From Trichomonas gallinae (taxonomy: Eukaryota), in contig MRSU01001415.1 of assembly GCA_008369845.1 (NCBI GenBank), forward strand, positions 46,321 to 66,320: a DNA stretch of 20,000 nucleotides, given 5' to 3'. The notes below the pieces were generated by a model, which saw only the letters and a list, made by a program, of their open reading frames with translations, was not told the origin of the DNA and did no database searches. Made by a program: the position numbers and the translations under genes. Shown here piece by piece: positions 19,540 through 20,000 of the stretch. The stretch's first letter is position 1; the number at the start of each line of letters is the position of its first letter.

Positions 19540-19853
19540 TTGTCATGTAAAATTATTTCAAATTTTTAATTCATCATTTTATATCTAAACTAACATTTTG
19601 ATAATATTTAATTCAAATTTTGTCATGTAAATATTATCTTTGACATGTAATTAAATTATTTTGCCATGTAAATTTTTAAAAAATTCATTGAAGCGCATAG
19701 AATCTTATTTCATATAAATATTCTGCTATTTCATGTGTCATTCAAAGTCATCCATCTTAGAGAATATAAACTTTCTGTGCTACATCCATAATTGCATTGT
19801 GCAAAGATGATAAAGATAATTGTAAAAATCTGACATTGGAAATTGTCATGTAA
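19540..19853. repeat. Five dispersed copies of TTGHCATGTAA upstream of the USP gene
   Basis: Copies start at 19540, 19620, 19640, 19661 and 19843. Confidence 0.75.
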
Positions 19854-20000
19854 TTTAACATAATATGCGGAAAATTGAGACGAGCGAAGCGGAGATGCAG
19901 AATAATTTTACCGTAGAATATTTTTTCTCAGTTGAAGTTATTGTCACGATATTTTGATTTTTAGTCGATACTCGTTAAAACCAGTCTTACTTCTACAGTG

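Noticed and set aside
19540..19671. CRISPR-like interpretation of the spaced 11-mers
   Set aside because: The repeats are too short and irregularly spaced, there are no cas genes, and the DNA is eukaryotic.
19878..19896. GC-rich island gagacgagcgaagcggaga, reminiscent of motifs in repeat elements
   Set aside because: Single short occurrence with no partner inverted repeat, TSD or transposase in the window.

Overview
AT-rich, intronless eukaryotic DNA that looks like a trichomonad genome, probably Trichomonas vaginalis or a relative (inferred from gene families, very AT-rich spacers, TAA+A stops and an AAAGTGAC motif). In order, the window holds: (1) the 5' part of a minus-strand ORF that runs off the left edge and is missing from the ORF track (weakly TBC/RabGAP-like); (2) a divergent GNL3/Nug1-type circularly permuted GTPase that seems to have lost switch I/G3; (3) a Cdc14 phosphatase; (4) a predicted type I membrane protein; (5) a 1619-aa coiled-coil protein resembling CCDC162/DUF4549; (6) a disrupted glycine-rich-domain pseudogene; (7) a ~2151-aa USP9X/24/34-like deubiquitinase with an internal Ubl domain. 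I see no RNA gene, CRISPR array or autonomous mobile element, and no evidence of a new multi-gene system. The best leads are the apparent pseudo-GTPase, the CCDC162-like protein and some structured non-coding repeats. All family calls come from motif recognition by eye, not database searches.
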